A DNA stretch of 62,850 nt, filler included, from Octopus bimaculoides (lineage: Eukaryota), in NCBI RefSeq assembly GCF_001194135.2. It is 6 parts of 5 records of this genome, joined end to end, with 100 filler letters (N's around TTAATTAATTAA, not from the genome) between each part and the next. Parts side by side here need not be neighbours in the genome. Positions count along the whole stretch, not along the records: positions 1 to 16,183 come from NC_068990.1; 5 more parts are not named here. The stretch is one strand, 5' to 3'. A model generated the notes under the pieces. That model saw only the letters and a program-made list of their open reading frames with translations. It searched no databases and was not told the origin of the DNA. How positions within the stretch are numbered: position 1 is the first letter of the stretch; every line of letters starts with the position of its first letter. Below, piece by piece: positions 1 to 12,829 of this stretch. The translations under genes were made by a program, and so were the position numbers.

Positions 1-91
1 GTGTTGCCATCCGGTTTCACCAGTCCTCAGTCAAATCGTCCAACTCATGCTAGCATGGAAAGCGGACGTTAAACGATGATGAGGATGATGA

Positions 92-95
<4 letters not shown>
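1..95 (+). mobile_element. 3' tail of a young RTE LINE/SINE ending in (GAT)n
   Basis: Near-identical to 35833-35915; the same tail follows the RTE ORF at 4185-4302. Confidence 0.85.
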
Positions 96-169
<74 letters not shown>

Positions 170-633
170 ATATATGCATGTGTATATATGTATGTGTGAA
201 TATACATGTGTATGTATGCATATATGAACATGCAAGCAGGTACATGTGAGTATATATGATTATAGGTATGGATATTTTATATAAGTACTGATTTGAATAT
301 GAGTATGTGTAGATATATATATATGTATGCATACCTGCCTCTGTGATAGTGCGTGCGCACGCGAGTGTATGTATACAATCGCATACATTTATGCACGTGT
401 GTGAGTCTGCATGCATGCATTTATGTATGCAAGAATTTATACATACAAAAATAGATACAAATGAGTGAGTATATGCGTGAATGCATGTAACATACAAGAG
501 TTTGTGTGCATATATATGTGTTGATGTATGTAAATGTCTATATACATGTGTGGATACGTATGTGTGTATACATTTTCACAGATATAAATTCTTTATTTCT
601 TCTACTTCTCACCATTAACCTGTCCATTTAAAC

Positions 634-879
634 AACTTGACTTATGAAGTAGTTGTATGCTGTCAACTTAATGTGACAGTCCCTCGAAGGGAATAATACT
701 ACTGTTGGTTAGACCTAGGAAGCCGCACCACTTCCTGTCGGCCTTGACACATTTCCTGTGTCCTTATGTTTACAAGGTGGTGGGGGAGACAAGCACCTCC
801 ACCCAGCTAAGCCTGCATCCAGAGACATGTTTCTGAGTCTTTGCTCGTCATCAGTCTGGAGAAGCATAACCTGACTTAT
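634..879 (-). mobile_element. Short hammerhead-bearing repeat unit (retrozyme-like) bounded by 12-bp direct repeats
   Basis: aacttgacttat (634-645) and aacctgacttat (868-879), period 234 bp, enclosing the HHR at 818-860. Confidence 0.5.
818..860 (-). ncRNA. Minimal type I hammerhead ribozyme (Penelope/retrozyme type)
   Basis: Minus strand reads TCCAGA-CTGATGA-C-GAG-CAAAGA-CTC-A-GAAA-CATG-TC-TCTGGA: 6-bp stem I, intact core, 3-bp stem II, palindromic ACATGT stem III, GUC cleavage triplet. Confidence 0.85.
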
Positions 880-1009
880 ATTCTTTATTCTTCATTCCAC
901 CTCAATTTTACTACCCTTACCTTCTCTCTACACTTTCTATGCATCCCTTAAGCTCTGCTAACATACCTCACACTCTTTTACTCTTTACCCTCTCATCTCT
1001 GCAGACTAC

Positions 1010-4000
1010 CTCAACAACAGAGGAAAATGATCTTACTATTGTAGCTGGCAACTTCAATGGTCATGTTAGGCAACATGCCAATGGATTTTATGTTATGCAT
1101 AAAGGTTTTGGCTTTAACACTAGAAATGAGGAGGGAACAAGACCCCTAGAGTTCTGTGATGCAAATGACTTGCTGGTTTGCAATATTGACTTCAGGAAAC
1201 CAGCCAATCATCTTATCACTTATCAGTCTGATTGACTACGTCCTCACCAGAAACAGATAGATACAGGTGCTTATAAATGCAAAGTCCTTTTCCAGTGAGG
1301 AATGTACAACTCAACATAGGTTAGTAGTTAGTGACTTTAGGCTAAGGGCTAGATGGACACAAATATACGAACTGGTCTGGAAAAGGAAATTATGGAAGCT
1401 GAAAGATCTATCAAACAGTCAGGAGTTTAGAGAAATTCTAATGAATGCATTTGATGAGAACGAGGAAGAGGTTGTGACATAATAATGTAAAGGACAACTG
1501 GAAGTTCCTAAGAGACAACATTCTGAAGGCTGCAGACTAGATCTGCAACTTTGGTAAAGTCTACACCAGACGGAGAATGACCTGGTGTGGAACAGTGAGG
1601 CAGATAAGGCCATAAAAGTGAAGAGAGAAGCTTGGAAAGACTGGAGAAATTGAGGTAGCAAAGAGCTACATCAGGTAGCCGAGAAGAAAAGCTAGGTGAC
1701 AGGTTTAACTAGCCAGGCAGAAGCAGAATGGATGAAATCTGCCAATGTCTAACAGCTTAAAGATCAGAGATTTGAGGTGTTCAGAATTACTAGACAGTGT
1801 GTCAGAAAATGAAGATGTGAGAGAGAAGTGTATATGTATGGATAATGGTATGCTTTACACTCAGTGACTGAAAAGAAAGAGGCATGGAAAGGCTACTATG
1901 AAAGGCTATTAAATGGGGAAAATGAATGGGGGAAAAAAGAGCCTACCTTATGTGAACCCAACAGAGGGACCAACTATTCAAGTTGACAGCAGTATAATAG
2001 ATTAGGCATTTAAGGATGTGAAGACAGGGAAAGGCCCTGGTCTATTGGGAGTCAATGCTGAGATGCTTAAAATATCTGGCATAGTAGGATACAGCCTGGT
2101 CACTTGAATATTTAATCAGGTTATTCAGGATGGTGTCATCCCCAGTGAGTGGTGTAAGAGCTTTATAGTCAGCTGCTACAAGGGTATGCCTTAGACTGAA
2201 GTAATTACAGAGGCATCAAACTGCTAGACCAGGTCATGAAAGTGACAGAAAGAGTTAATTAGGAGTAAAATCAGATAAGACAAAATGCAGTTTGGCTTTG
2301 TGCCAGGGAGAAGCATTACTGATGCTATCTTTATAGTCAGACAACTGTAGAAGTATTTGACCAAGAATAAACCATTGTATTTGGAGTTTGTTGACTTAGA
2401 GAGAAAGCTTTTGACAATTGACAGAGTACCCTGCTGTAGAGGTAGATGAGTGGCTTGTGAAAGCCACATAAGCCATGTACAGAGGTGCTGTGAGTAAGGT
2501 GAGCATTAGCCATGAGTATAGTGATGAATTTTAGTGAAGAGTAGGGTGGAGTGGAAATTTAAAAAAATGTGGAAATTGAAAGTGCCTGAAGGCTAAAATG
2601 TTGCTATATTTGATTACTAGAAAAATTCTAAATTTTCACTGAGATCAAGGCCTTCAAGGCCCCTAAACTCCAAAAATGAGGGATTTTTCTAAATTTTTTA
2701 CAATAGCGGAGTTTGTGGGGTTTGAGGGAGTAAATGCCCTTGACTGATGTAAATGGAAATTTAGCATTTTTCTAGTAATAATATGGAGCAAGATTTTAGG
2801 CCTCAGGCATTTTCAATTTCCACAATTTTTTATTTTCACTCCACTCTGGATTACAATCTACATACCTGCACACACACACACACATATGTGTTAGGGTGGA
2901 GTGAAAATAAAAAATTGTGGAAATTGAAAATGCCTGAGGCCTAAAATCTTGCTATACATTATTACTAGAAAAATGCAAAATTTTTGCTTAGATCAGTCAA
3001 GGGCATTTACTCCCTCAAACTCTGCTATTGTAAAAAATTTACAAAAGTTCCCCATTTTCAGACTTTAGCGGGCTTGAGGGAGTAAATGCCCTTGATTGAT
3101 CTCAGCAAAAATTTAGAATTTTTCTGGTTATCAAACAGCAACATTTTAGCCCTCAGGCATTTTCAATTTTCACTATTTTTTATTCTCACTCCACCCTAGT
3201 GTAGAGGTAGGCATTCATCAGGGCTTGGTTCTCAGTTGCCTCCGATTCATCATTGTCCTCTAAGCCATGACAGAAGAATTCAAGACTGTCCGCCCCTGGG
3301 AACTGTTATATGCTGATGATCTTGTTCTTATAGCAGATTCTGTTACAAAACTAGGAAAGAAATTTCAGGTGTGTTCTAGTAAGCAAGAAAACAGACACGA
3401 CCCTTCCCCTATCATGTAAATGACCTTGCTTGATATGTAGAAAAGGTGTGGGTAGGAATTCCATACAGTGTACCTAGTTCAAACTATGAACACACAAAAG
3501 ATGCAGTAGAATAATAGGAAGGTTATCAGAGAAGTTGGTATTTGTATGTGGAAGATGTACAGGAGCCATAAAAACCACAAATAGTCTGAAAATCCATTTT
3601 TTCAAATGCCCTGGAGGCTCTTTAGAGGTAGCAGGTAATTTCTTCTACCAAAGGAACCTAATTGGAAAGTGTGATCACTAGAATAAGAATAGGATGGAGA
3701 AAAATTCAAAGAGCTTTTACCTCTGTTGGCAACCAAAGGTCTCACTCCCTATGAAAGGAAGATTGTATGAGGCATGTATATATGAACAGCAATACTACAT
3801 GGTAGTGAGACATGGGCCCTGAATGAAGCTAGTATGCTCTACTGGATGTACATTGTCAGTGTACATGCATGACAAAGCATCAGTGTTTTGAAGAAAAAGT
3901 TGGGTATTAAAAAAATTAGATGCAGTGAGCAAGAGAGAAGATTGTGTTGGTGATGTGATGCACATGGATGTAGATAGTTTTATACAGAAGTGCCAACCAC

Positions 4001-4302
4001 TTAAAGTGGATGGAAACCCAGGAAGACATGGGATGAAGTGTTGAAGGCTGATTTCAAGACACCAAGCCTTATGAAGGCGAGGACTAAGGACAAAGATATC
4101 TGGTACATTGCTGTGCTCAAGAAGACCTGTCCGCCACAGCAGAATTGATACTGGGACCACATAAAAAGCACTCGTGTTGGTACTATGTTAAAAGCACCCA
4201 GTACACTCGATGGAGTGGTTGGCAGTAGGAAGGGCATCCAGCCACAGAAGCCATGCCTGCATGGGAAACAGATGTTAAACAATGATGATGATGATGATGA
4301 TG
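1010..4302 (+). mobile_element. Decayed RTE-clade LINE (APE + RT + 3' tail), interrupted at 2542-3198
   Basis: TIVAGNFNGHV, RNEEGTRPLEFCDANDLLVCN, HRLVVSDF, QFGFVPGR, LYADDLVL remnants with many stops and frameshifts. Confidence 0.92.
2542..3198. mobile_element. Composite non-autonomous DNA transposon (hAT-like): two inverted MITEs forming a 657-bp palindrome
   Basis: TAGGGTGGAGTG...CACTCCACCCTA termini; 8-bp flanks GTGAAGAG (2534-2541) and GTGTAGAG (3199-3206); subunits 2542-2848 and 2892-3198. Confidence 0.85.
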
Positions 4303-4898
4303 AGTGACACAAGAATTATGCACTATATATCATGGGTCATATAAGGGTATGCTTTGCAATGGGGACACTCTTCATATAGAAGTTGTGATTGCAAATGAAT
4401 TAGTATTACATGAAGGGATTTTTTTTCATTCTTTACTAGAAAAGCAAATGTGGTTTTATTGTTTAAGGAAATTTGGTAAAGTGTGAAGCAACATGACTAA
4501 AAGGATTATCTCCAATTATGTCTTGGCAGGCTCAAAGGCATTAGGGTAAAGTACATTGATGTATACTATAGAAAAAGGAAAGTTTTGATCTAACATACAA
4601 GAAACATCATAATAATGATCTCAACACTAATTTGCTTTGTACTGAAAATAGTGGATAGTGAAAATACCACATTATTTGAGGAGTATTATGCAACTATTCC
4701 AGAAGAAAACCGTATATAATATTCTGCTAATTTTCAAGGTAATTCTGACTTGATTTTCAAAAATGTTACTGATAACAGTTACAGATTCATTTTACATTCA
4801 CATTATTTCTATTTATATGCAAAAAAAACAAAAAAAACCCAATTTTTTTGTAAAACCAAACTTGAAACTAACTGTTTTATCTTCTTTGAATAACCAAC

Positions 4899-5004
4899 CA
4901 CTTTTCATGCGATGGAAAGTAATATTTTTAGTTGACATCTGAGTGACGACAATGTCATTGCTCATAAGGAGGTCCACTTCATCTTCAAGATCAGTATCTG
5001 TTTC
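4899..5004 (-). CDS. Candidate orphan coding exon (ETDTDLEDEVDLLMSNDIVVTQMSTKNITFHRMKS), gene unassigned
   Basis: Strong T-rich acceptor (tttattttatag), GTTGGT donor, only one open frame; no homology recognised. Confidence 0.4.
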
Positions 5005-5645
5005 CTATAAAATAAAAATTGAAAAATGAGTATTAAAGTTTCTAAAAAGTCTTATTATTATATTCAGGTATAATATGCACTTGTGTGTAACATGCATCCG
5101 TAATTATTGGTAACAGAATCCTAGAAAGAATATCTACTGTATAATACACACTAGCTTTACTTTAGTAATATGGACTTTAGTATTTGAGGAGAAAGAGTGT
5201 TAAGCTAATTTATCATAATACAGATTGAATTAAGCAAAAATATTCACACTAAATGAAGCAAAAATCAGATTTTAAAGAAACCTTTGAACTTCATCAATGT
5301 AGGTCATAAAAGTGCTCCTACTTTAAAGTCAAATTGTATAAATCACATGATCATTTTTGTATTTGAGTTGCAAGATTATTGATGTGAATTTGTGTGTTGA
5401 AACAAATCTTGTGTCTGGGAAGGGCTATTATGCTAGTAAAAATTAAAATAAACACATGTACCAGTTCAATACCACTTCTTTATTTTACCAACTAATTATT
5501 CAATGGTTTGTTCAATGTGTTAATTGAACAATCAATTGGTTGTCAGTTTTCTCTGTCACAGTCCTATGATTACTATTCACAACCTCATCAATGACATGTC
5601 CTCACTCTTCAAGGTCTGCTTCGAGTCTGTCTAAGAACTAGTTGT

Positions 5646-5705
<60 letters not shown>

Positions 5706-6194
5706 ATGTATGTAGCTGTATGAGTTTACTTATGTGTGTTTGTGGTGTAGTCATTTGTTTTTTGAATAAGTAAGCATTTGTGTGTATGTTTGAGTGTTTT
5801 CATGCATGCATACATTGTGTAGTGTAGCCAATTGTCTTTTTGAATAGATATGTGTCTGTATGTTTGCATGCATGTTCCTGCATATGTGTAAGCATGTGTA
5901 TGCATGTGCTTGAGCATGTTTGTCTGTGTGTATGTGTATTTTCATGTGTGTATACTTGTGCATGGATGTGTATGGCTGTGTACTGGAATTGTTCATAATT
6001 ACAGGTTTTTATCTTTATGGATTTCTGTGTATCCTGCTGTCATTGTAATACTTAGTTATACCAAAACATACCCTCCTACCCACACGGACATACACATGCC
6101 CATATTGTGCATGTGTTGCGTGGGTAGTTGCAGTGGTGTTGTGGTTCTATTATTTATTATGTATATTTTTTATTTAGTGTTGGTGTTGTGTCAT

Positions 6195-7150
6195 TTATGA
6201 GAACAGATTCACATATCTGTGTTAATGATGAGTCTCTCAGGTGTTTAGACAAGATTTCAATACTAATTTGATTCAGCATGCTGCTATGTTGATCTCTGGC
6301 ATGTTGGTGGAGTATTGACAACTGTTTCCTGTCCTTATATTTCCATCAGTGTTTATTTAGCTTCTCAGCTAAGCTCTTAGATCTCTCCCCAATGTATGCC
6401 ACACTCCAGTTCCTGCTATCACCTTTCATGCATTTCATTTGGTAGACTACATACTAGGTTTAAAAGTAAACACAATGCAGTACCTATCAGTACATGATAG
6501 GGGTATGTCTTACATAACTGTGATTTGATAAATGTCCCTGATTTTTCTACATCTTTAATGTTGAGTTTAGCTTCTTTCATAACCTTCCTAAACCTGCAGG
6601 CTAACTTCCCATATGGCATAGCCTCTACAAACATTACCCCTTGAAATAACCCTGTGTTATATCATGTGTTTATCCTGTTTGCATTATCACTAATTCTCTG
6701 TATTCTGTTTCCATAATTGTGTTGGTAACTAGGGCACGTTCCACTGGTGCCCTTACTTATGATGTCATCTAGCTTCTTCCTGGACCCCCAGTACACTCTG
6801 ACTCTATTTCTATGAGTGTAACCAGAGAACTGCATGCAGTGTATAAACTCTTGCATGTGTCTATTTCACAGGGTTTTCACAGGAGGTAGGGGAGTTCATT
6901 AGCCTAAATAAATCTGCTATAAGTATGTTTATCTTATAGTGTGGTGAACCTGAGTTCTTATGAGTAACATATTTGGATGCTATGGGTTTCATATAAAAGG
7001 AATGGAGGGGTTGAATCTTGTTTGAAATCTCTAACCAAAGTTCAAGTACAGGGAGTAATATTGTTAGGGAGCTTAGTGGGGTGGTCTACTGTTACCTTGA
7101 TATGCAGGTGGATGGAATTTTTGAATGAGAAGTATGATAGTGAGGTACTA
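6195..7150 (-). mobile_element. Decayed Penelope-like element (Neptune-like): RT thumb, linker and GIY-YIG endonuclease
   Basis: IKVTVDHP, FYMKPIASK, EFIHCMQFSGY, FVEAMPYGKLA...IKDVEKSG, VAYIGERSKS, SILHQH...QICESV. Confidence 0.8.
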
Positions 7151-9169
7151 CTTTAGTAGACCTAAGAAGGAGAGAGAGACATATTAAAATTAAGCTTCAG
7201 CAGGAAAGCAGCTTGTCGATGAGGAATAGTTGCTGTGACATTGAAGGAATTAAGCTATGTAAGTCATATGGTTAGTTGCTTAGTTAATTAAATAGTCAAA
7301 GAAAGTGCTTTTGTTGTTCTTTATCCTCAAGTCAGCTTTGAAGGCATCCAAGCCATCACATTCTCATCTGAGATTACATTAGCTAATGTATCCTGGTGAG
7401 CGCTAAGGAAAATATGCAGGCAAATGACTTGAAAGAACTTTGCAGGTTCTATATCATAGTGCAGTAAAATTAGAATTGGCAGTGAATTTACAGAGGAATT
7501 TTCTATACAAGCTCACCAATGTTGTTTTCTCATCTGCTTTCTATCAATAGAGTTCTTGAGGCTATTTCACAACAGTTTAAGAAATTGAGAACTTGTATAT
7601 ATTAGTGACTTTATGTGATGTGAATGGAGAAAGAGTACTAGATGAGTAAGCAAGTGTTGCTGCTGGTGATACATTGTACAACTAGACTAGTAGAAGTCTG
7701 CATTGGCAATAATCAGTTCAGTAAAAGCTAAAATTAAGTTATTAGTTTTTTCTTCTAGGCTTTGATTGGAAAGAAGAGACTGTGGCTATAACCTTCACAG
7801 GCTCTCCAAAGACTTAAAATTGAAAATCTTTGATGTTCAGCTTAAATAAATGCAAGTCATCACCTGTAGACAAAGCATGAGCAGAAAAGGAAATCCAGTA
7901 TGTTGATAACCTGAGAAGGATGTAGTGAACATCATGTAAGTGCACTGCCTGTGAGAGCACCATAGAATGGGTGACAAGAGAAGTGGTATGCAACTAGCTA
8001 CCTCTGAGAAACAGAAATTGTTATAATTGCAGAATGAGAAGCAGAGTAAGCAGATGATGATTTTGTGGATTAGAGATTAAAGTATGCTAGTAACAAATTT
8101 CTTACCAATCAATCAATCAATCAAATGGCTTTCTTTTAGATGTGGTTTGAGAAGTTTCTGTGCTGTGGCATGTTAACCAACTTAATATCTTCAAAATTAT
8201 GAAGTTACTTATAAACTATGGTACTCACTTTCACTGAAATAATTTCAAATATTTGCAACTTAATGTCATCTTGTTTCCTTTTTTCTTAAGCCTTCATAAA
8301 ACTTTGAGGGAGTTTAAAACTGGAATAAAGTAGCAGTTTTAATTATTCTAGTTGTCATCTGCCTGTTTTCATGTGCCCACCCCCATTTTGAAGATAATAT
8401 GGAATTTTACAAGAGAGATATGGTTGCAAGACTGAACAGAATGGCAAATTAGAGATACCTTTGGTAATAAGATTAAAATATTAGTTAAAGTTAGAAACTT
8501 TTAAGGCCAGAGCGTTCAGAAATGAGTTCGATGTTTAAAACAGAAGAAGCATAAACACTACACTATTCACAATTGTTTGCTTAAAAGAAATCCTAATAGA
8601 CTGTTGACACAACTATTCTTGTTGAAAATTAGAAAATGTGCAACCAACATACCATGGGTTGCTTTCAAGGAAAATAAGCAACAATTACACAGGAAGTGCA
8701 GAAACAAAAAAAAAAAAAATGAAAAATATCATAATATTCTGCTCCATATATGCAATATGAATTTCAGCAAAAGGCTGACCGTAATTTATTTATGAAAATA
8801 GCTTTTAAAGATTTACAAGATTTAATATTGACCATGAATCCAAAGTGTGCAAAACAGAACGATAGATATGAAATGCAAATAGATATGTTAGAAGAGACAC
8901 AGCAAAAAGGTAACTTAAGAAAAACTCAGCCAGAAAGTTAGTTCTGAAAATGAAATAAGTGTTGTTGCTTTGTATAGTGTTTTCAATATCACCAAATTTA
9001 CATTCAGTTGGATTAGTCGAGAAGAAAAGCTTATGTCCATCACCTGTACAGGCCTTCCAAGACCAGTAAATGTAGGAAACAAAATCAAGGCTTAGGGGTG
9101 CATCAAAGTTAACAGAGTATGGGTCAAAGAAAGTTCTATAAGCACATCCTGCAATTTCTTGTGCAATTA

Positions 9170-9480
9170 AAGAAGTCACCTATCCAAGAAATGAGAGATA
9201 AATGGATCCCATAGGTAAATAGTTTTATCAAGAGATCCGAATCCTGAGCACAGTTGAATGCTGAACTGATGTTGAATGTAATAATAATATTGTTTTCAAT
9301 AAATTTCTGTAGAACAGGGGCCAATTGAATAGTGGCATAAGAAGGTATATCTTCAGTAGATCTGGCTTTAAAAATGAGGGAAGCAATTCAAGGTGCCGAG
9401 GAAAATTGTTGCTGATGGCTGTCTCTATTACCTTTAAATTAACGGAGGTGAGTACAATAGGAAAATGGTCAGCAGATTCA
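9170..9480 (-). mobile_element. CR1/L2-like LINE RT fragment
   Basis: FPIVLTSVNLKVIETAI and LLIKLFTYGIHLSLISWIGDFF resemble LINE RT subdomains. Confidence 0.65.
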
Positions 9481-9499
9481 GTGAGGTTGTTTTTCATGG

Positions 9500-10250
9500 A
9501 AAAGAGAACCCACTAAAGCCATTATCATCATCATTTAATATCCATTTTATATGCTGGTCAGAGAGCTGCACCAGGCTCTGGTGTCTGCTTTGGCATGGTT
9601 TCTATGGCTGGATGCCCTTATTAATGCCAACTACAGAGTACACTGGGTGCTTTTTATGTAGCCCCAGCACAGGTGCTTTTTATGTGGCATCAGAACAGGT
9701 GCTTTTTACATGGCAGCACCACCAGAGAGGTTGCCAAATAACTTGACAAAGACCTGAGAGAGGGAGTGGAACTGAGGGAGGTGGCTGTGTGTTAGGTGAG
9801 AGGTTAGAGTATAATAGAGGGACAGAGATAGTTGTCTTACTATAGATATCTGACTACCCCAGTAGGACAAGGAGTGAGGAAGGGGAGAGAGAGATAGAGA
9901 GAAATACATGGTGTAGGAGATGCAGTGGGACCTACACACAGAGAACAATGGAATAGGGGAATATAAGTAGTATAGAGGATGTTCCATAAGAGTGTGAGGG
10001 ATGTTTAGAGATGGAGAAGACATGAGTGTAGTAGGTGATGATGGCAGAGACTGGAATATGGTATATATGTGAGGCCATTGAAAGTGTATGGATAAGCACA
10101 TGAGGGAGAGCGGGGGCTGCAGCATGAGTGTTGAAATGGGGGGTGCTGGGAAGATGGGTTGTGCAGGAGTTTTAACAGAGGACAGATTGTGTATGCATGA
10201 GGAGAGGGCATGGCTGTAAAGGACATGCCTGTATTTGTGGACTGCCATGA
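9500..10250 (-). mobile_element. RTE-tail element with a long polypyrimidine body (non-autonomous derivative)
   Basis: RTE tail at ~9500-9720 preceded on the minus strand by a C/T-rich tract; shares a motif with 15311-15340. Confidence 0.55.
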
Positions 10251-10259
10251 TTTTATTTA

Positions 10260-11040
10260 GCTTGATGTGTCAACTCAAGCACAGCAAATTGCCAGAAGTC
10301 TCAGTCCCATATCATCTCAGGGAGGCTCAACAACTGAAGATTATTTCTTGGTCAATCCATCTCACATGTTCCCTCCACAATTAGAGGTTGGCATTTCTTT
10401 ATGCAGCTGTCTTCATCCATATGCACCACATGACCATACCAGTGCAGTCTTCCCTCTTGCACCATACCAGTGCAGTCTTCTCTCTTGCTTTTTATACTCA
10501 ATTTTCTCTTAAATCATTTACACTCTGTTGTACATGTACACTGACATTACCCATCTAGGGAGGCATGCTGGTTTCATTTCTTTTAAGTCTTCGCATAGCT
10601 GCTTGTACACAGACATCAGGCTCTTTGTCACCACCAAAGGTAGTAGCTTTCTGAACTTTGCCCAGCTCACTCTAATTCTAGCAACTACACTTTTAGACTA
10701 TTCTCTTTCACTGCTAACTTGGTTACCCAAAGAATGGAACCTATCTACCACTTCTAAAGATACCTTAGAAATTTGAGGAAGTCTACTTCCTGTACATTTT
10801 TAGCGTTTATTGTACCTACACATCAGTCACATACAAAGACTACTTTCTCTGTTAATCTTCCAGTGATACTACTGCACCTCTTATGTGCCCATAGTTTGTA
10901 CTGGGCACATCATATGGAATTTTTACTTACACCATTTCTAAATATTGAACAGGGCCATTTCCTTGAAGGGATTAGTAATTTGTCTGTTTTCCTACTTAGT
11001 AGGACATTGGTCTTAGCTAGATTAACTCTAAGGCCCTTAG
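10260..11040 (-). mobile_element. RTE LINE 3' fragment
   Basis: KGLRVNLAKTNVL...KWPCSIF...WAHKRCS-like remnants. Confidence 0.75.
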
Positions 11041-11052
11041 TATAATTCTCAA

Positions 11053-11053
11053 T

Positions 11054-11092
<39 letters not shown>

Positions 11093-11099
11093 GGGAGAG

Positions 11100-11156
<57 letters not shown>
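11053..11156. repeat. (GA)n microsatellite
   Basis: Directly visible. Confidence 0.98.
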
Positions 11157-11159
<3 letters not shown>

Positions 11160-11292
11160 AAAACTTTGATGAGGATAAGAGCTATTTCAAGAGTGTATTA
11201 TTTGAGTGCAATGGTAGGAACATTTTGCATGATTGTTGGCTTTGTTGATTTGAAGTAACTAGAGGTGCTTTCCTGTTGGGAATGTATGTGTA

Positions 11293-12527
11293 CGAGGGGG
11301 TACCCAAAAGAAACTGGAATTTTGCAATATTATTTTATTCACTTAGTTTTACATGTTTACACTTTTATTGCCTTTAAAGTATTCTCCATTTGAAGCAATC
11401 ATCAGTCCAGATGTGTTTTCCACTGTTTGAAGCAGTTCTCGAACCCTTTTAACATCTCCTTCATTTTTTCTTTCATCTCTTCTACATCTGCAAAACATTT
11501 ACCTTAAAGGACTTCTTGCAGAAGAACAAAAAAAGGTTGCAAGGAGCAAGATTGGGTGAAAAGGGAGGGTGGGTAAACAGGGTCAAGCCATTTTTGGTCA
11601 AAAACTGTCTCATACTCAAGGCAGTGTATGAAGGTGCGCTGTCGTGATGAAACCACCACTCTACACTTTGCTACTGGTTGGGGCATTTTCATCTCACCAT
11701 GTCTCACATACACTGCAAAACTGCCAAGTAAAATGTCTGGTTAACAGTTTGACCAGGAGGAATAAATACTATATGGACAATTCCTTTTGCATTGATGAAA
11801 CAAATCAGCATTGTCTTGACATTAGACTTCACTTGATGCACTTTTGTGGGGCATGGTGACATTGAATACTTCCATAGCACCAGCTTTCGTCACCAGTGAT
11901 GACCTTCAAAAAAAAAAGGTTCAGATCAATGTCCAACTGTTCTTTCGGTCATGACTGCTTTTGATCTTCTATGAGTAAGTGAGGCACAAATTTTGCTGCA
12001 ACTCTTCATTTGCAATTCCTTGCTCAAAATTCGTTGGTAGGGGCTCCAGGACATACCAGTCATATCAACAAGTTCATCAATTGTTTGGCGATGGTCCTCC
12101 AAGATCAGTTCATGAACTTTCATGATATTTTCATTTGTTCAGGAGGTCAACAGTCACTCTGAACAAACAACAAGTAACCATTCCTAAAGTATGAGAACCA
12201 CTCATAAACTTGTGTTTTGCTCATGGTAGCATTCTTGTAAGCTGTTTGAAGCATGAGAACTGTTTCAGCTGCTGTTTTACCCGGTATAAAACAGAATTTC
12301 ATGGAAGCACGTTGTTCCTTCATTTCAGCCATTGCAAAAATTGATGAACATTAGAGAAGCACTGCAAAACCAAGATGCACTACATGGCAGTATGACTTGA
12401 CAAAATGCCAGCAGTCAGCAGACTGATGCCTGAGGGTCAAATCATGTGACTTCTAGCAGCAGAAGCCTGAAATACAATGGGCTTGTCCCACAAAGAAAGT
12501 TTTTGGTTACTTAAGGAAACCCCCTCG
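11293..12527 (-). mobile_element. Full-length decayed Tc1/mariner transposon
   Basis: TA-CGAGGGGGTACCCAAAA ... TTTTTGG...CCCCCTCG-TA termini with TA TSD; transposase remnants MKEQRASMKFCF..GKTAAET..KTQVYEWF and EDHRQTIDEL. Confidence 0.92.
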
Positions 12528-12829
12528 TACATGTAGTGAGTGTGGTAGAGAAGAAAGGTATAATTTTATAGATCTATGTACTATGTGCAGAGTGGATTTG
12601 AATGCAAATGTGATGGTTTTCTTTGTGACTTTATGGTTTTATTTGTAAAACAATCAGGTTTGAGAAGTGGAGGGAAGGAAGATTTTACGAAGTTGGTAGA
12701 GATCCTTTTGTCAGTTTAAAAAAATGGAATAAGTTGTGGGCTATGCAATGCACAGAGACATCCTTTACATTTTAGATGATGGTTTTGCATAAGTTGCAGT
12801 GCTCTGTAAAAGCTGCCTAACATAGAAGC

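Noticed and set aside
31-560. ORFs rich in Y/I/H/T or C/V/M (also ~5650-6000, 36273-37130, 39085-39290, 42100-42680, 43186-43425)
   Set aside because: Translations of (TA)n, (TG)n and (TGTA)n microsatellites, not genes.
8229-8287. Possible exon ending at a GTGAGT donor (EKRKQDDIKLQIFEIISVK)
   Set aside because: No credible polypyrimidine acceptor gives an open frame.
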